Positions 1 through 64,000 of a stretch of 64,000 nt of DNA are shown here, piece after piece. Each line of letters begins with the position of its first letter. Position 1 is the stretch's first letter. Both the position numbers and the translations under genes were made by a program. The notes beneath the pieces are model-generated. The model made no database searches. It was not told the origin of the DNA and worked only from the letters and a program-made list of their open reading frames with translations. The DNA is from the human T2T-CHM13v2.0 reference genome, Homo sapiens, in the NCBI RefSeq assembly GCF_009914755.1, contig NC_060943.1; one strand, given 5' to 3'.

Positions 1-3892
<3,892 letters not shown>

Positions 3893-4009
3893 TTGGTCCC
3901 TCAATTCTGTTCATCCCGTCCAGGCCGTGCTGTCCTCCATGCTGTGAACCGAGCTTCCTCCTGGGAGTTGGAGGGAGGGCCACCTGTCACTTGCCACACT
4001 GTCTTGTAG

Positions 4010-24482
<20,473 letters not shown>

Positions 24483-24684
24483 GAGCAGGGGTGACGTATG
24501 TAGAACGCTTAGGGTGTCCTCCCCACAGAGCAGATACTTGAACCGACTCAATTCCTGTGTAAAGAGCACTTTGTCCTGCTTCACGGACCTCCCCAAAGTG
24601 TGCAGAGTTCTATATAGGATGCTGGATTAGTTCCTTTGATATTTGTAAAAATTCCCCCAAGAGCCGCATATGAATCTGCCCTTT

Positions 24685-24690
24685 AATAAA
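24685..24690 (+). terminator. CHAF1A polyadenylation signal AATAAA
   Basis: Canonical hexamer about 200 nt after the stop codon. Confidence 0.8.
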
Positions 24691-25804
24691 GCATTATTGA
24701 GATTGCTGGCCTATTGGGGAAGCCTGCGGGCACAGGAGCAGGCGTGGAATCCAATACTTGTAAATGAATTGAAGCGTCAGGACCACCCGCCTGGCCACGT
24801 GCGCGGGCCCCTGGACCTAACGAGGCAGTGTATAAACTTATTCTCTAGCCCTGAGCTGCTCTGTCTGTCTTTTCCGAAAACATTGTGTTTCTCTGAGAGT
24901 GCACCTTGCCCATGGCCCGGCCCCATGTGGTGCCTGGTGTCTGGGGCCAGCCTTGTGCCCTGCAACAGCACCGTCCCATCTGTTTGTCACTAAGTCACCC
25001 TCATACCAGGCTGACCTGGGTCAAGGTGCGGGTTTTTCCGCACGTGCTTCTGTCCGGCGATCCCTCCTGCCCTGGGTTGGGGGGTTAGGAGAGGGTGTTC
25101 CCAGAGACCTGCTAGGGTCACCTCCCTGAACCCGGAGCTGCTGGGAGCCGAGTTTGGCTTCGAGTCTGAGGCTTTGTGAGAGCCCACCCCAGGTCAGGTG
25201 CATCTTTTGCGAGTGCTGGAGCTAGAAGGTGACCTCCTCCCCGCCCCAGGTTGAGTGGGCTTTATCCACACTGTCCGAGGGAGGACAGGCGATAGCCGCT
25301 GTGGTACTGAGCAGCTCAGAGCACACGCAGCCACGGGGAGGGTCACGCTCGCCAGTCCTGCTCTTCCCAGCCACACCCCACCTGAAGTCCTAAGCTTCCC
25401 TTCAGGGAACCCTATGTGGGAAAAGTGTCAGCTACCTCCATCCACCCAGTCAGGGACGGCAGGGCGCCCGGGCCAGGCCTTCCTGCTGGGAAGCAGGATT
25501 CAGCTGTGCCTGAAGCAGAGGCTGCCCCTGTGCCACACCTTTGATGAGCTTTACAGGGGCTCCCGACAACCCGGAATCAGGTCCTGGGGCCTGCAGGACG
25601 CAGGACTGGAGTGACAGCCTCCATTCTCAACAGGCCGGGTGCCCACACCAGCTGGGGCAGTGCCGGGGGCGAGGGAGGGACCAATGCAAGGTCAGGGGCA
25701 CGAGCATAGGCCCCGGGCACCTCCCCCAGGTGCAGACCTGCATCCCCAAGTCAGCAGTGGGGCCGGGGCACACATGCCTTCCACACTGCAGGGCAGAGTC
25801 CCTG

Positions 25805-26185
25805 TGTCTCCTGGGGCTGCTGTACCACAAACCTGGTGGCTTAAAGCAAGTCACCATCTCACAGCTTGGGGGTCAGAGTGCACACATGCCCCGCCAGGCT
25901 AACATCAAGCTGTGGGCAGGACCAGGCCCTCCTGGAGAGTTTCCCAGTGCTCATAGGCGCTGCATCCCTCAGCTCGGGGTCCCTTCCTCCACCTTCACAG
26001 CCATGCGCAGCCTCTTCCAGTCTCTCTCTGATTCACCCTCCTGCCACCTCTTGTGAGGACACTGGGTCCCGGACCACCCAGGATCATCTCCCAGCTCAAG
26101 ACCTTTCATCATACCCAAGCCCCTCTTGCCAGGTGAAGTTGCGCATCTGCAGGTTCCAGGAATAGGATGTGGCCGTCTCAGGACA
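25805..26185 (-). mobile_element. MLT1 (ERVL-MaLR) LTR fragment between the CHAF1A and UBXN6 3' ends
   Basis: GGGGCTGCTGTACCACAAACCTGGTGGCTTAAA...CTCACAG...ATCAAG is typical of MLT1. Confidence 0.65.
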
Positions 26186-26479
26186 CCCTGTCCCTCTGGC
26201 CACAGGGAAGCCAGGCCTGTGACAGCACTCGCCTCCCCTGCAGGGACTGGGCCTTTGTGGGCACAGCACAGCCTCCCCTAGCGCACGGGACTTCCTCCCC
26301 AGGTGGGTGGCTCATCGGGCACTTGTGGCCAGGTGCTGGCCTGAGAACAGGTATCCACATGGTCCCACCTTGACAGGGAGCCACACCCAGCCCCCAAGCC
26401 ATCCGCTCTGCAGCAGGTGGGCCTGCCCTGTGTCCCACGGTTTCAACGGAGAACCAAGAAACTATATTCAAACAACCTG

Positions 26480-26485
26480 TTTATT
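26480..26485 (-). terminator. UBXN6 distal polyadenylation signal AATAAA
   Basis: TTTATT on + strand about 470 nt past the stop. Confidence 0.75.
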
Positions 26486-26948
26486 TGGGCTTATGATTTA
26501 CTAACTGCAGGTCTATGTGCAGGAAGGCCAGCGTCCCCTCCTGCCGTTGTCACCCACATCCACAGAGCAGCCCTAGTGCTAGGTGCAGCCACTGCCACCC
26601 ACGGCACACGGGAACGGGACCCATGCTGCAGGCCTGCTCTCCTGCCCAGGGAGATGCCACGTGTGTCTGTCCGGCAGCTTCATGACACAGTTACCAAGCA
26701 GCTAGGGAGGGCTTAGATTTGTTGGTGTCCCCAGGCCTCTCCCTCGGGGGCTTGGGCGCATCCCCACAGCCCCCAAGGGATGGGGGCTCTGCCACGGGGC
26801 CCAATTCCACAGCTCCACGGCTGGCGCCCCTCCCGTGCCCATGGGGCAGAGCCAAGTATTTCCAGAGGTGGCTTGGAGGCCCTGGGGTGGCGGGGAGAGG
26901 AACAGGGAGAGCATGAGACAGACCCACAGGGCTGAGGCCAACCCTGCT

Positions 26949-26954
26949 TTTATT
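26949..26954 (-). terminator. Candidate UBXN6 proximal polyadenylation signal directly after the stop codon
   Basis: Minus strand reads TTG TGA AATAAA, followed by GU/U-rich sequence. Confidence 0.5.
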
Positions 26955-39140
<12,186 letters not shown>

Positions 39141-39559
39141 GGTGGCGGCTGGCCCGGCGGCGGGGGGCCGCGGGGGCGGGGGGGCACGGGGCCCAGTCGG
39201 GGACGGGGCCGCCGGAGACCAGCCACCGGAAGAAAATAAAAAAAAAAAAAAAAAAAAAAAAAATTTACCTCGCCGCCGGAAGTCCCACCTTCCCCTGGCC
39301 TGCCACGTGACAATCGACTAGACGTGCCTCTCTAGCGCTCGGTGCCTTGCTGGCCCAGGGCGGCCGCTCTGTACGCTGGAGCCGCGTCTCTGTGGTTCTT
39401 CCGGACTCCGTTGCCAGGGCGACGAGTGCACCTCTCGATTGGAGACAGGGCATTCCGTGGCGCTCCCCAAACGGTGACAAACGGTGATAGGACAGGGACA
39501 GGCCAACTGAACCTCGCAGAGAAAGCACTGGGCCCTATCCCTTTCGCTGCTCAACCTAA

Positions 39560-52765
<13,206 letters not shown>

Positions 52766-53059
52766 GTTATAGCTTCTAATACTTCCTGTATTTCCTGTTG
52801 CCGGGCTCAGTCTAGAGCAGGGTCCTCACAATCATTATGGGCCCCATCTTCCAAGTGCAGAGAGCGAAGCCCAGGACAATCAAGTGACTCGGCCCCACGG
52901 TATTCAGTACATTTTTCTTGAATGAATGAATAGGTCTGTGTGGCGTTTTGGGGCCCTGGCATATAGTAGGTACTCAGTTAAGTTTTTAACTAAGTGAAGA
53001 AATAACTATTTTGTGCATTTTGTGGCTGTTTATACTAAGAGCTCCCCCGGAGCCTGCCC

Positions 53060-57031
<3,972 letters not shown>

Positions 57032-57094
57032 GTGAGTACCCGGGGTGGAGAGCCAGTGTGAAGCGCGCTACTGATGCAAGAAGGGGCCTCCAGT

Positions 57095-57320
57095 TAGGGT
57101 CTCTCCCCTGGGCACTGTGGACACATGGGGCTCGATCGTTCCCTGTGGTGGGGCATTCTGGGCCCTGCAGGTGCTGAGCAGTGTCCCTGGCCTCCACCTA
57201 CTCAGTGCCAAGGCCACCCCCACCCCATTCATGGTGATGACAGATGTCCCCAGTCATTGCCCAGTGTCCCCTGGGTGGAGGGGAACGGGATAGAATCAGC
57301 CCTGGCGAGAACCCCTGCTG
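57095..57320 (+). mobile_element. MER20 (hAT-Charlie) element just downstream of HDGFL2 exon 3
   Basis: GGCACTGTGGACA...GGGGC...CCCTGGCCTCCACCTACTC...GATGTCCCCAG..ATTGCC...TGTCCCCTGGG...GAGAACCCCTG fits recalled MER20 consensus. Confidence 0.7.
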
Positions 57321-57335
57321 TAGAATCAGTCCAAG

Positions 57336-64000
<6,665 letters not shown>

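Overview
Human (or very closely related great-ape) genomic DNA from the GC- and Alu-rich chr19p13.3 region. It holds the last 11 coding exons of CHAF1A (CAF-1 p150, + strand, 4010-24482), the complete UBXN6/UBXD1 gene (- strand, 11 coding exons, 1326 nt = 441 aa, 39140-26955) converging on CHAF1A, the MIR4746 hairpin antisense to the start of UBXN6 intron 10, an Alu-saturated ~13 kb spacer with a ~550 bp AT-rich tract, and the promoter plus first three PWWP-encoding exons of HDGFL2 (+ strand, 53800-57031). All exon boundaries were read by hand and the reading phases join correctly. Gene names come from recalled protein sequences, not a database search. I see no evidence of a new biological system or foreign insert; most ORFs in the track are Alu or GC-rich shadow frames. 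The most interesting details are local: a candidate in-frame alternative acceptor with a perfect TACTAAC branch point in the CHAF1A KER helix, a duplicated but disabled splice donor, an AATAAA directly abutting the UBXN6 stop, a miRNA hairpin whose edge coincides with a splice donor, Alu-derived tandem duplications, a repeat-built CCAAT array and a G-rich minisatellite at HDGFL2.
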